Below are positions 27,108 through 40,564 of a stretch of DNA of 64,000 nucleotides, in pieces. Source of the DNA: Octopus sinensis (lineage: Eukaryota). Position 1 is the stretch's first letter, and every line of letters begins with the position of its first letter. The notes below the pieces were generated by a model. It had not been told where the DNA came from and did no database searches. It saw only the letters and a list, made by a program, of their open reading frames with translations. The translations under genes were made by a program, and so were the position numbers. Location: NCBI RefSeq assembly GCF_006345805.1, contig NC_043010.1, positions 55,676,001 to 55,740,000 of the forward strand. Reading direction: 5' to 3'.

Positions 27108-27861
27108 TTCTTTTATTCTTTTACTCGTTTCAGTCATTTGATTGTAGCCGTGCTGGAGCACCAACTTTTGTGTGTGTATACACGCGGATTAAAAAAAAAC
27201 GGTAGACAGATTGTCGGCAGTTATTTTTTTTATCGTGTGGATTATATTTAAATTGCGACAACTGTAGAAGAGAGTTTTAGTTTGTTAAAACTTTTCAGTG
27301 TTTCATAACATATATGCATATGTACGTACATGTCTGTGTGTGTGCATACAGACATATATCTGTTCATGTATATATTTTTACACACACACACGTAAATACA
27401 TACGTATGTGTATATGTAAGAGTGTGTCTACAGATAAAGTATGCAATTATCGATCTAATATGTCTTGGAAAAATTCTTTCGGCACCACACGGCTATACTT
27501 CACGGTAATATCTTCCATTTATACGGAAAAAGGGGGAAAAAAGGATAAAACTTTTACAAGCAAATGGTAACAAATGTATTTGATCATAAGTTTAAGTGAA
27601 AACCTTCGCCGTCACTCGCAAGCGACCCGGTGTCTTGTGCCTTTATTTCACTGATTGCTTTCGGTGCTTATGTTGTCGCGTGAAATCGTAGTCACCCTCT
27701 CGACCTTATTATTGACCAGGCTGGATAACACGCATATGACAGCTGTTGAAGAGAAAACTGCACCAGAATTGAACTGATACTTATTTTAGTTGGTACATGA
27801 GGTGCCTTGCTCAACGACAGTACGCATAGCCCTGTCAGGAATCGAACCTAGCACCAGTATT

Positions 27862-27895
<34 letters not shown>

Positions 27896-28892
27896 ATATA
27901 TATATGCACAGCGTACTGAAATTTGCTCTGTTAGGCATTATACACACATTTATGTAGAGTGCTCTCACTATAACAGAAAATTCCCCCAAAAAAATCACTA
28001 CATTTAGAATAGGGACAGAGAGGTGCAACTTATTGAGTAGTGATACCACGCAATAGGTAGAAGATTATACAAAAAATATTTGCTAGTAGCTTAAGCTCAA
28101 ATATTGACATTTGGGGTGTAGGGATTTTTCAATAACATCAATGTGACTGCTACTTTATCATAAAGTTACATACTTACTCCAGAAGGATGAAAGTCGAATA
28201 CGACCTCGGCGGTATTTGAACTCAGAACGAAAAATCCAAAATAAATGGCGATGTAATAACTATTTCTAATTTAGGTACACGGCCACAATTTAGGGAGAGG
28301 TGAGTCGTTTATATATACCTTAAATTTTGACTGCTAGTTTATCTTAACGATTCTGAAAAGCAGTAAGTCAAATATTGCCAGGATTTAAATTCAGTATGTA
28401 AAATGCTGAAATAAGTACATACATAGTAATTACTTTACATTGAAGTACAAGACCTGCAGTTTTGAGAGAGCATTCGCCGAATATATGACTTCCTGTGTTT
28501 AATGGTACTTTCAATTTTAATGAGATTGGGCGCAGTCTATTATAATCTCTCCGGTACTTTGCCGATACTTTATTTAATAGAGAAGGAAAAGATGAAAGGC
28601 AAAGCTGACCTCAGCGTGATTTGAACCCAGAAAATAAAACGAATACCACAAATCGATTTTTTTTCTTGTCTGTTTCTCGTGAGACTATCAGCTCATCGCT
28701 TTGATTAAAAGAATTATTATACGTTTATTCTGCTCCAGCTGAAGGCTCGTCCTTTTTCCCGATTCATGTCGTCTTTAAAAACCTAACAAATAACGCTCAA
28801 CTAGGAATTTCCACCTAGCTCCTATTTTTATGAATTTTCATCCAGATATTTATAGCTAAGTATAACGCTATGTGTGTGTATATATATATATA

Positions 28893-29124
28893 CAGGGTTG
28901 ACCAAAAGCCACCTGACAGTACTTGAAAACTATTTAATTCCAATTGTTTTATATCAGAATTTGCTAATAAATAGACAAATGTTGAAAAAAATCCTTGATC
29001 TTTTTAACTCACGGCATTCAATTATTAAGCATTCATAATTGGAATGAATAAATAAAATAAGTATAATTGAATAAGTATTTATGGAATTTTGATTTTCTGT
29101 CGGGTGACTGTCTGGCCAACCCTA
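28893..29124. mobile_element. Tc1/mariner-like MITE, ~230 bp
   Basis: Imperfect TIRs cagggttgaccaaaagccacctgacag / ctgtcgggtgactgtctggccaaccct, next to TA repeats. Confidence 0.65.
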
Positions 29125-29126
29125 TG

Positions 29127-29159
<33 letters not shown>

Positions 29160-29164
<5 letters not shown>

Positions 29165-29325
29165 TGCATTATTTACATTTGCTGGATATTTGTCCTCATC
29201 TTGTTTGCTGCTAACACGTTTCGGGTGATATACCCTCCAGCCTTCATCAGGTGTCTTGGGGAAATTTCGAACACGGGTTCTCATTACTAAGGTATTTTTC
29301 TATGTTGTTGTTATTATTATTACTA
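29160..29325 (-). mobile_element. Tail-only copy of the hammerhead-bearing SINE
   Basis: Homologous to 41100-41270, including aagacacctgatgaaggctgg...gaaacg. Confidence 0.85.
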
Positions 29326-29483
29326 TTCTGAGTTCAAGTCCCGCCGAGGTCGACTTTCTGAGTCGATAAATTAAATACCATTGAAACACTATGGTCACTG
29401 TAATCGAATAGTTCCCTCCACACCCAAAAATAAATTTCTGGTCTTTGCCTTTAGTAGAAAGGATTCTTAGACGACTTACTTAA

Positions 29484-29640
29484 AGCGGCGAGAGTGGCAG
29501 AATCGTTAGCAAGCCGGGCTAAATGCTTGCGCATTTCGTCTGTCTTTAAGCTCTGCTTCCAAATTCCACCGAGGTCTGTCGACTTTGCCTTTCATCCTTT
29601 CGGGCTCCATGAAGTAATCGACTAACCCCGCTCTCCCAAA
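29484..29640 (+). mobile_element. Deu/Nin-like SINE (a partial sibling lies at 29330-29465)
   Basis: gcggcgagagtggcagaatcgttagc head; gtcgactttgcctttcatcctttcggg core. Confidence 0.75.
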
Positions 29641-30019
29641 GGATTATTAGACGACGTGCTGAAATAATGTTTGCCCTTCTACCCCATTTCTTTGCTGCTG
29701 TTGTCATTTTTTATCCTCGTATCAGCTCTGATAGAGAGACTAGAGCCTTGATGAAAGCATTCTGGCACTGATCATACTTGTCTTTTATTCCCATATAGAA
29801 TTATCTAGGATTACGTTATCTATTCGTTTCCTCTCTGTTAAGATAGTAGCATTGAGATTTTAGGAATGTATAGCTTCTATTTCTGAGAGATACACAGAGA
29901 GCTTCCTTATCAATGTCTCCTTCATTAATTCGGCTTCGTTTTGGTCCGTGAAACCCATGATCATTACAAGTGACTGTGCTTAGTTATTATCACATTATTA
30001 AAGTTCGTATAAGAAAAAC

Positions 30020-30348
30020 GTGGAGGCGCAATGGCCCAGTGGTTAGGGCAGCGGACTCGCGGTCGTAGGCGTTGTGAGTGTTTATTGAGCGAAAACACCT
30101 AAAGCTCCATGATGCTCCGGCAGGGGATGGTGGTGATCTCGGCTGTACTCTTTCACCACAACTTTCTCTCATTCTTACTTCCTGTTTCTGTTGCACTCTC
30201 TGTGTCACGCTGAATATCCCCGAGAACTACGTTAAGGGTACACGTGTTTGTGGAGTGCTCAGCCACTTACACGTTAATTTCACGAGCAGGCTGTTCCGTT
30301 GATCGGATCAACCGGAACCCTCGTCGTCGTATCCGACGGAGTGCTTCC
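30020..30348 (+). mobile_element. tRNA-derived SINE (ggaggcgcaatgg head with B-box segment deleted, tail type A)
   Basis: 11-bp TSD ataagaaaaac at 30009-30019 and 30349-30359; homologous to 20118-20461. Confidence 0.9.
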
Positions 30349-30524
30349 ATAAGAAAAACATTCGTCCTATCGAGTGAACGAATCCAATATTTTAGACTCA
30401 AAATAAATGAGAGAATAAAGAGATCTTATAGAAATAATACAACTGAGGATGAGAAAATGAAATAAAAGGAATGATCTAGGAATATAGATGAGGCTGGAGA
30501 AAGAAAAAAGAAAAAATATGCGAC

Positions 30525-30571
<47 letters not shown>

Positions 30572-30883
30572 AATCATAAGATGGCCTAATAGCGTGGAAT
30601 TTGACGAGAGAGATGGGTTGGCCTGATGTGCACAGAAGTATGGCGAGTAAACTAGTTTACTTTTCGCGTTCGGGAATATTATGTTCCCACTATTCCGAGC
30701 ATTCTTCACATTTCTCAGACACATTATGTTTTATTCTCACCGTTCATTTCTTTTTTAATATCACGATCGGCTGTAATTCGTATCACTCTCTCTTCAGCCT
30801 TCTCACTTTGTAAACGCTATAATATAATATATATGTGTTTCTCTATATGTATGTATATATGTATATGCATATATATATATATA

Positions 30884-30928
<45 letters not shown>

Positions 30929-30944
30929 TATATATATATATATG

Positions 30945-31200
30945 GCAATAAAGGGTTTAGCAACGAATGCCTTACCACAGACCGAATTTAGAAATAGCAG
31001 TCAAAGAGCATAGAAGAAATAGCTATAACTCTTTGACTGCTATTTCTAAATTCGCTCTGTGGTAAGGCAATTCGTTGCTAAACCCTTTATTGCTTAGTAT
31101 TACTTAAATTTTCCTCGAATGAGGCTTTTACATGCCGAAGACTACTTGGTGTAACTGATAATTATTCCAAATTAATTAATTTCACCCTTCATTATTACGG
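30945..31200. mobile_element. Interspersed repeat with an inverted terminal duplication
   Basis: Arms 30945-31008 and 31029-31093; 31030-31200 is homologous in reverse orientation to 37030-37200. Confidence 0.75.
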
Positions 31201-31313
31201 ATATATATATATATGTATATATATGGGTGTGTATATATGTATATATCTATATGTGTGTGTATGTATATATGTATATACATATATTATATATATATATGTA
31301 TATATCTTTATGT

Positions 31314-31361
<48 letters not shown>

Positions 31362-32602
31362 GTATATATATTTATGTATATATATATACGTATGTATATA
31401 TGCATATGTATACATATATATATTTATATATGTATATATATATGTATATATACATACACACATACATAGACACACACACACATATATATATATATGTGTG
31501 TGTGTGTGCATGTATGTATGTATGTATATATATGCGTGTGTGTGTGCGAACATATATGAATCTTTTCCCTTCGACTCTTTGTCCTGCTTTCTTACTTTCT
31601 TACTCATCACGTACCTTGGCTTCCCCCAAATCAATCCCATTTCTACTCACACTCGTCTTCTTACAAATGTTTCCCACTTCTCTTTCGTATACAACTCCCT
31701 CCCACATCGTGCACTTCCCTTTCTACTCACACAGTAACCACCTCTCTTTTCTCATCTACCAATCTACACCACTCCTCTTTTCAATCTTTTCATCCGAGAA
31801 TTTGCACTAAGTGTAACAGGTGGTCATAGTCCCCTACCAACCCCGCTGCCACTCTCAGTCCTTCGTTCTTTATTTTTGCCATTCTTTCTCCCTCTCTTCC
31901 TCTCTTCCTCTCTTCCCTTCTTCAAAAACGAAAAAAAACCGCCTGAAACCTTCAATTTTCTACTTTCGCACGGTAAATCAACAAACGAAAATATGTTTTC
32001 GATCAAAGAAATCTTGTTTTCATCGATACAGAACAGAAGTAATTTCTTCGTATTACGAACATTTAGTATATTATCAATTTGTCTTACTCCTACATGCCAT
32101 AACGAAAGGCAAGTAATCCTCGTGTACTGTATATAGGTGAACAGAGACATAAAGTTTCGCCAGACATAGATAAGAGACCGCCTTTCTCCCCAGCTTCTGT
32201 CTGCGTTCTGATTCGTAGCATCTCTTTAAGGAATATCATGTTCTTTCTAATAGGATTACATTATATAAGGATTATATGCATACATCCATATATATATATA
32301 TATATATATGCGTGTGTGAGAGAGAGAGTGTGTGTTTGTTGTTTATGTACATATTTGTGTGTGCGACAATGTATGTATGTGTATATGCATATATATATAT
32401 GTGTATATGTATAAATATATATATGTATATATGTATACATATATATGTGTATATATATATGTATATATATGAATATATATCTATATGTATATATATATAT
32501 ATGTATATATATATATGTATATATATATGCGTGTATATATATGTATATATATGTTTTTATATATGTATATATTTGCATATATATATGTATATATATGTAT
32601 AA

Positions 32603-32648
<46 letters not shown>

Positions 32649-32813
32649 GTATATATATACATATATATATATGTAATTATATATATATGCATATATATAT
32701 ATACATATATATATGTGTTTGTATGTATGTATTCATTTATGAATTAAAAGCAGCTCGAGGGAAATAAACAATATGGAACATACATAACTTGTGTGTATGA
32801 ATTCGATAATATT

Positions 32814-32844
<31 letters not shown>

Positions 32845-33129
32845 TAGTAGATAGATAGACTTAAATGAATTTAGGAAGTACGATTTTTAGCTAAGTAAGA
32901 TATTTACTCTCCAAAAGTACACAGCTTAAGTTGTGTATACGGGAGTTAAACAAACGAGATGACCTCCTCTCCTCAACAAGAATACCACATTAAGAAAATA
33001 GGCAATATGTAGTATCACTTCCCTCCCTTGGTGTGTGTGTGGTGGGGAAGCAAATACATCAGTTACTGGTATATATAATACCGGTTGAAACAAATAATAG
33101 GGAAAATTATGTATAAGGCTTTAGAATAT

Positions 33130-33348
33130 TTTTCTTTTACTCGTTTTACTCATTGAACTATTGCCAAGCTGGGGCATCGCTTTGAAGGGTTTTAGTCAAA
33201 TAATATCACAATATTTATTTTATTTAAATGTTTAATACTTATTTTATAGGCTCTTTTGCCAAACCGCCAATTTATGGGAGTGTGAACACACCATCAACGG
33301 CTGTCAATCGGTTGTGAGAGCCAAACACACACGCATGAAAGAAAGCAT

Positions 33349-33402
<54 letters not shown>

Positions 33403-33600
33403 CACACACACACACACATACATACAGTGGTTAGAGCAGTGAACTCGCTGTCGTAAGAGCGCGGTTCGGCAAAAGAGAACGATAGAATAAGTACTAGGCT
33501 TACAAAGAATAAGTCCTGAGGTTGATTTGCTCGACTGAAGGCGGTGCCCCAGCATGGCCGCAGTCAAATGACTGAAACAACTAAAAGTATAAAAGAATAT
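33130..33600. mobile_element. Two SINE tails in opposite orientation around (CA)n
   Basis: Plus copy 33424-33600 has a tRNA-like head fused to cggttcggcaaaagag...gcggtgccccagcatggccgcagtcaaatgactgaaac; a decayed minus copy lies at 33130-33320. Confidence 0.7.
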
Positions 33601-33892
33601 ATATAAACACTGATTTAACCTAAATTTGAGACACCAGCAGCAGAAGAAATAAAGATAGACTTTTTTCTATTCCAAGTAAAACGATTTTACAAATGCACGT
33701 TCCCACGGCTTTATCGATCGCTTTCTCACCTGGAATCGATTTTTGTAATTTTTGGAAGACTTATACACGCCCTGATACCGTCGGTATCTACATATCAAAT
33801 TTGAGCGCAACCTGATGGAGGATGCCCGAGATCCTAGAAGACACATACACACACACACACACAAAACGGATTTTATATAAGAAATATATAAA

Positions 33893-34112
33893 AGAAAAAG
33901 GAAACGAAACGAAGGCAGGACGAGTATCTCAGGTCGTTCACAATATTTAATTAAAATAAGGTGAATAAAAAATGGAGAAGTAGAAATCCCAGAAACAGCT
34001 GTATGACACTAATTACTTCTACTTCTCCATTTTTTATTCACTTTACTCTAATTAAATATTCTAAATGACCTGAGATAATCGTCCTGTCTTGGTTTTGTTT
34101 TCCTTTACCTTT
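33893..34112. repeat. Foldback (inverted repeat) element, ~95-bp arms
   Basis: gcaggacgagtatctcaggtc...gtgaataaaaaatggagaagtagaa pairs with ttctacttctccattttttattcac...gacctgagataatcgtcctgtc. Confidence 0.85.
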
Positions 34113-34935
34113 AATATACACCTGCCGACGCGGTTGTCTACAACGGATCCCTAGCTGCCACCTCAGCTCTGGACTTGGAATCTAACGGATGACCAATTAT
34201 TGCCCCTACGCAGCGTACCTATTGGTTTAGATCACCAGTGAATTAAACCCTTTATATTCTTACTCACTCACACTCACACACATTAAATGTGTGTGTATGT
34301 GTGTGTGTGTGTGCGTGTGTAAAATACAAAATACACAGTTATATCTTGAGATAGCTAGTAATAACAATACTCAAAATATAATACGGACTGGAGTTGTAGT
34401 GCTCCAAATGAGCTATATTCCACTTCTTAATCTGAGCAGAGCCAATGCGAGTAGGGACTAAAGAAACATTTACTAAGATCCACACACAAAGATCAGATAC
34501 ATTCATATATTCATATATTCATTTATATCTACAGAACGGTATAAAATCCGACATATATATAATATTATATATAAATAGATACCAATCATATAATATATAT
34601 AAATATATAAGTATCGGTGTTACATACAAAACAGTGAATTTACGCTTAAAGTTATAAAACATTGATAAATTAAAACTTTGGGATAATGAAACATAAAACG
34701 GACATATTAAAATGGCGTATTAAAATTCCAGAAGAAATACAGAAAAAATAGAATACAGAAATTACAAAATGTTTCATCAAACGCGCCAATTGATACATTT
34801 CATATTTTCGAATGTGTATGTATGTATATATAAATATAGGACTTCTTTCAGTTTCCGTCAACCAAGTCCACTCGCAATTAAACATCATCATCATTATGGT
34901 TCACAGCAGAAAAATCAGTTCCGTCAACACGGTCG

Positions 34936-34971
<36 letters not shown>

Positions 34972-35192
34972 ACAACAACAACAACAACGTTATCATCAAC
35001 TTTGAATATATGATGAGAGTCTTCAAGTGACCGTTCAACCTGCGAGAAATGTCAACCAAATATCCATATCAAATCATATCCTAGTATTTCATAAACGAAG
35101 GACTCGTTGAAGAAGATATGCCTAGATATAAAATATACCTCAATGGATGGAACCTCATAGATGGAACGTCTTCTGCTAATTACACACATACA

Positions 35193-35223
<31 letters not shown>

Positions 35224-35718
35224 CTACATCCACAACCCAGCTTATACGCTGTACCAAATCATAAGTAAAAGACTGTAAACCCAGAGATGTCACAACCAGG
35301 CAGTGTCTAACGGCCTTGTAAAGCCAAATCACACAAACAAAGCCCCTTCGAACCCACTGTCACCCATTTTACTTGGGCCTTATTGTTTCGAGTCCTTCCA
35401 CTCATCGAGCCTTTTACCCTGTTTCCATAACATATGAATGACCGAAATTAAAACATTCCCTCTGAACGAGAAGCCAGTTCGCCGCCATTTCAGTTATTCA
35501 CTGCTGACTTGACAGGAGCAAAGAGAAATAAGCCTGTCTGTTGAAGAACAGAATGCACTGCCTGGTCCATAAATCGAAACTCTGATCCTGCGATCACGTG
35601 TGCAACAACCCAATCACTAGGATACGGACCCTCACTATTCTATCCCAACTTATATTTATTTTTAGCATTGTACCAAACTGATGGTGGCTAAATCAAAACA
35701 ATATAATCACCGCCGCCG

Positions 35719-36520
35719 AGGCGGCGAGCTGGCAGAAACTTTAGCGCCCCGGGCGAAATGCTTAGCGGTTCTTCGTCTGTCTTTACGTTCTGAGTTCAAA
35801 TTCCACCGAGGTCGACTTTACTTTTCGTTCTTTCGGCGTCGGTAAATTAAGTACCAGTTGCGTGCTGGGGTCGATCTACTCGACTGTCCCCCTCCCCATA
35901 AATTTCGAGCCTTGTACCTAGAATATTATCAGCGCCTCCTTAATACAAAGGACAATACTAGACAGTTGCCAAGATGGCGTTTGTACGCCGGATAAAGTGC
36001 TTAACGGCATTTCGTCCGTCTGCACGTTCTGATGTTCAAATTCCGCCAAGATCGATTTTGCCTTCCATCCTATCGAAGTCGATAAAATAAGTACCAGTTA
36101 AACACTGGGGTCGATTTAATCGACTTACCCCTCACCTCAAATTGCTGATCTTATGCCCAAATGTAATACCAATACTGGAGAATTGCCCGGTGAAGTTAGG
36201 TTGGGATCAATCAGTCTTGGATGCTTACGTATCGAGAGAATCTATGAGTCTAGTGGTTCTAATATTACATTTTACAGTTGTGTATGTAGGGTCCCACGGG
36301 CATTGGTTTTTCTCGTGCACTGTTATAATGTGATTATATTAAAGTCCTACATATAATGAGACGAGCCAACAGAATCCTTAACGAATTGGACAAAATGCTG
36401 CGGAGGTCGACTTTTGCTTTGTGACATTCAGGGAGATGATAAAGCAAAGTACTAGTTAAGTACTGAGGCCCATGTAATCGACCTACCCCTCCTCTCAAAT
36501 ATCTTAGATTTGCACCAAAA
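35719..36520. mobile_element. Cluster of three Deu/Nin-like SINEs (35719 +, 35975 +, 36350-36520 minus)
   Basis: Repeated gttcaaattcc.ccgaggtcgacttt.cctt.catcct.tcg..gtcg.taaa.taagtaccagtt core. Confidence 0.8.
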
Positions 36521-36753
36521 TAAAAAAGAAAGATAATTACAGTTCTTAATAGAATGTGATATACATATGCGAAATTGAACGAGGAATAATTGGAGATAAA
36601 CATCTATTTAAAAAGGATGACCCACGCATTAGATTACTATACTTCTAGGTACTCTATCACCGCGACGACGCATGGGATGCTTTGATGCTATATACATTTA
36701 GTCTAGCAACAAAATACGAAGCTGTCACCACTAAATGCCTTTGATGTATATAA

Positions 36754-36812
<59 letters not shown>

Positions 36813-36816
<4 letters not shown>

Positions 36817-36935
36817 TATTTCGGAATGGTCATATTGCCAGTTTAGCCAATAAAAACACACGCACTATATATTTGGTGTTATTTTGCTTCAGTGTTATTG
36901 GCTAAACTGGCAATATGACCATTCCGAAATATAAC
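36813..36935. repeat. Perfect 41-bp inverted repeat with a 41-nt loop
   Basis: 36813-36853 gttatatttcggaatggtcatattgccagtttagccaataa is the exact reverse complement of 36895-36935. Confidence 0.97.
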
Positions 36936-37329
36936 AATATCTGTTTCAACACACGACTTCACATAAAAAATTTTGCACAACAAATAATTAAACGTATATA
37001 TATATATATATATTATATATATATATATAATAACAAATGGTAAAATTAATTAATTAAGAAGTAATCAGTAATTTCACCAAGTAGAATTCGGCATGAAAAA
37101 GACCAATTCATGGTAAGCTTAAGTAATACTTTATAATTAGGGTTCAGCAAAGATTTGCTTCACCACATGCCGAAGTTTAGAAATAGCAGTCAAAAAATCT
37201 TAGCTATTCCTTCTACTTTAAAAGGGACACCCAGAAAAACCAAAGTACTTGAACACAATCCACGCAGGCAAAAGGGAAAAAATAACGAAAATCAATCGAC
37301 ATTAGGTTACCTACGTACGCGCGTATATA

Positions 37330-37376
<47 letters not shown>

Positions 37377-38192
37377 TATAATCATACATACATCATATAC
37401 ATCAGTCGGTGCTCGTGTGAATAGCGACTTAGAGAACGCATACAAAGAAACACTGCATCAGAAAATGCATGTTCCGTTCAAACTGAAAATCCGGGAAATT
37501 TCTTTCAGTCGCCGAGTCTACAAATAAGTAAAAGAATGAAAGTACTGCCTCACATTTAGTCTTTGGTTACAGCTGTTTCAACATATCGTTTCAATATATC
37601 ACTTGACAATTTAGAAAACAAGATTGTGATCAATCATTATGTAATATAGATAATCTAATATTGAATCTATGTTTTCATCATGTGCTGGATGAATAAATTA
37701 ATACGAGAACAACTTGGGTGTGTTCACTGAAAATAATACATAAAGACGAGTTGATATGAATTGTTCGCGTTCTGACAGGATGACCTAGCAGAATCATTAG
37801 AGTCCTGGACAAATTGCTTATCACCATATCTTCCGGCGTTTTTCTCTGTGTTCAAATTTTGCTGGGATTGACTTTGCCTTTTGTCCTTTCGAAGTCGATA
37901 ACATAAGAACTAACAGAGCACTGAGGTCGACTAGCTACCTTCCCAAAATGTCAGACCTTGAGCCCTATAATAGAAAAAGTTTTTTATAACAACAGTATAA
38001 AGTCACAGAAAGAAGAGAGGACACTCGCGGGCTAGAAGCTAAAAATTGTCTTTTAAGCGACATTATATCAGGTAGTCGAGTGGCTTGTACTTTTCTCTCA
38101 ACCCGACAGAGTATCGAACCCCTAGAAATTGTCTTTCAACTAATAGGTTTCTTGCAAGGAAATCACTGACATCAGTCTCAATCATTTTAGAA

Positions 38193-38508
38193 GTTTTGTT
38201 TGTTTGCGCCCTTTTCAAGCTTAGCCAGGTTCATGAGCCCGGTTTCCCGGATTCTATGGTGTATGTGTTCCCCCCCCGCTGGACGGGACGCCAGTCCATC
38301 GCAGCGTTACTCAAGAAACAGGAAGAAAGAGTGAGAGAAGGTTGGGGCGAAAGAGTACTACAGGGGTCACCACCACCCCCTGCCGGAGTCTCGTGGAGCT
38401 TTAAGTGTTTTCGCCCAATAAACACACACAACGCCCGGTCTTGGAATCGAAACCGCGATCCACCGACCGCGAGTCCGCTGCCCTAACCACTGGGCCATTG
38501 CGCCTCCG
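38193..38508 (-). mobile_element. tRNA-derived SINE (ggaggcgcaatgg head, tail type B)
   Basis: Intact A/B boxes; tail gcgatggactggcgtcccgtccagc...ccgggaaaccggg; caaa repeat tail; 9-bp TSD attttagaa. Confidence 0.9.
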
Positions 38509-39226
38509 ATTTTAGAAAACCTATAGAGAAAACGAACACTACCGATTTCTACAGACCTGGGAATTACAAAATGCTCTCTAGGATGCCTGTGTACACAGCA
38601 GCAAGGTCCCAGATGTCTTTATGAAGTATAAATGCATAAGGACACTAATATGATTTCTAGCTTAATCACAATGCCAGCAAATTTGTCGAAGAGTGGAGAG
38701 TAAACGATCAGATCTAATCTAATTCTTGACTAGTAATTATTTTATCGAACCTGAAAATAATGTGCAAGTCCCTTAATATAATCCTTGTAACTTGTATTGC
38801 TTTAGAAACAAGTCTTCTAAAGGCATTAAAATTGCTCATTTACAATGCAGTATATTAATGTGGAAAGCTTTAATGTAATATAGTTCATAAAAAGGCTTCA
38901 CTTGAAAGAGTTATCTTTGAGAAGAGGGATTAAATTTTCATGCAATCCTTCGTAATGGTGAGGCAAATTTGTAATGCATTGTATTACGACAAACATGATT
39001 AATTAAATCCGCATTGAAAAGGGCCAACAGAATCAATTAAATTAGCGTAAAACAACGGAGAACTATACTCTGAAAGCACATTCCAGCTCAGCTTACTCGC
39101 ATAAACAAAAGAAGATGTTAAAGAAATGCAAATAATCCGATAGTAAAAAGCATATTACATGAAACTCTCATCCTCACATCAAAACATATGATCAAAGATT
39201 TACAACAAACAAAAGCATTAAACTAA

Positions 39227-39257
<31 letters not shown>

Positions 39258-39779
39258 AGAGATCGACCATTGATATTAATACAAATTATTTTGTTCGTCG
39301 ATATTTTTTTTATATTGTTTAGCACAAGGTCAGCCCTGATCATCGAGCAGGCTTATGATCAAAAACATTCCATTCCAACTGTGTTCATAATTACCCAAAA
39401 ATAAAACGAACATAATTTTGGATCATAAAGAGTCCTATAGTCGATGGATCTCGAAGACCAATCCAGTTATAAATTATAATTCATAGTACATAAAGCTACA
39501 AATCGCTTGAACGAAAAAAATAAACAAAAACAAAATGGGAATATATACGTGATTCTCGAAACTTGGATCAAATGCCATGCTCATAGTTGTTGTACCTTCA
39601 GCTTTCTGAATTATGTCTGTTCAAATTAGATGCGCTTAGGAGTGAGGTCTTCAAGCCCTATGTATAGATAGGTAAATAGACTGATATATATATACATTCA
39701 AAAATGGGGCAAGAACGCAAAACTTTTAGACAGGCGATACAAAAAAGTTAGGCGATACAACAAAACATCCAGTCGAGTT

Positions 39780-40375
39780 TCAGATTATCTTGGCAGTTTC
39801 GGCTGGTTATACTCGAGATCGCTCCAATCTGGCCAGCCCCAAGGAAAAACTAAGCTAAGAGCACTAGATTCCTTGGAAGAAAGCAGCGAATGTATACGAA
39901 AACAAGGAAGGATAAAACGGAGAGATGGTACACAAATACAAATACAAATGGTACACAAATACATTAGCAACGGATGTCTTTCGACTAAGGATGAATTGAA
40001 TTCCGTTGGCGTGTGTGGAGGTAAAGCCTTACGGCAGGGACATGAAATTGAACAGGCACAGGGAGGAATATAGATGTTGCACGGATGGTAGTCGAACCAA
40101 GAAAGGTCAGGCTTGGCCGAACACCGGTCACGTGGGGAGAGAACAGAGAGACGTATAGGCAGAGTGATGAAAGAATTAAGGAGGGGCGAGAAAAAATCAA
40201 AGGGACAGGGTAAAGTGAAAGAGGAGGGAAGGTGAGCAAGAAGATAAGGCCAGGAAATGTGAGAGAAGGGGAACGAAGGAACGAAGAGTGGAATGAAATG
40301 AACGAAGTAAGTGTGAAGAGACTGATAGAAAGAAGGAAAGAATGAAAGAATAGAAAGAATAATAGAGTCGTACAA
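39780..40375 (-). mobile_element. Pyrimidine-rich repeat remnant, possibly Penelope-like
   Basis: Strong strand asymmetry; hammerhead-like helix II plus GAAAC near 39800-39840 without the CUGAUGA core. A similar pyrimidine-rich remnant lies at 31560-31960. Confidence 0.35.
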
Positions 40376-40386
40376 TATATATATAT

Positions 40387-40435
<49 letters not shown>

Positions 40436-40479
40436 ATATATATATATGTATATATATAGAGAGAGAGATATATATATAG

Positions 40480-40564
<85 letters not shown>

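Noticed and set aside
33610-33880. Firm Helentron/HINE call
   Set aside because: Only a general resemblance (caaatttgagcgcaa motif, subterminal CA repeat); diagnostic subterminal inverted repeats and the 3' hairpin could not be verified.
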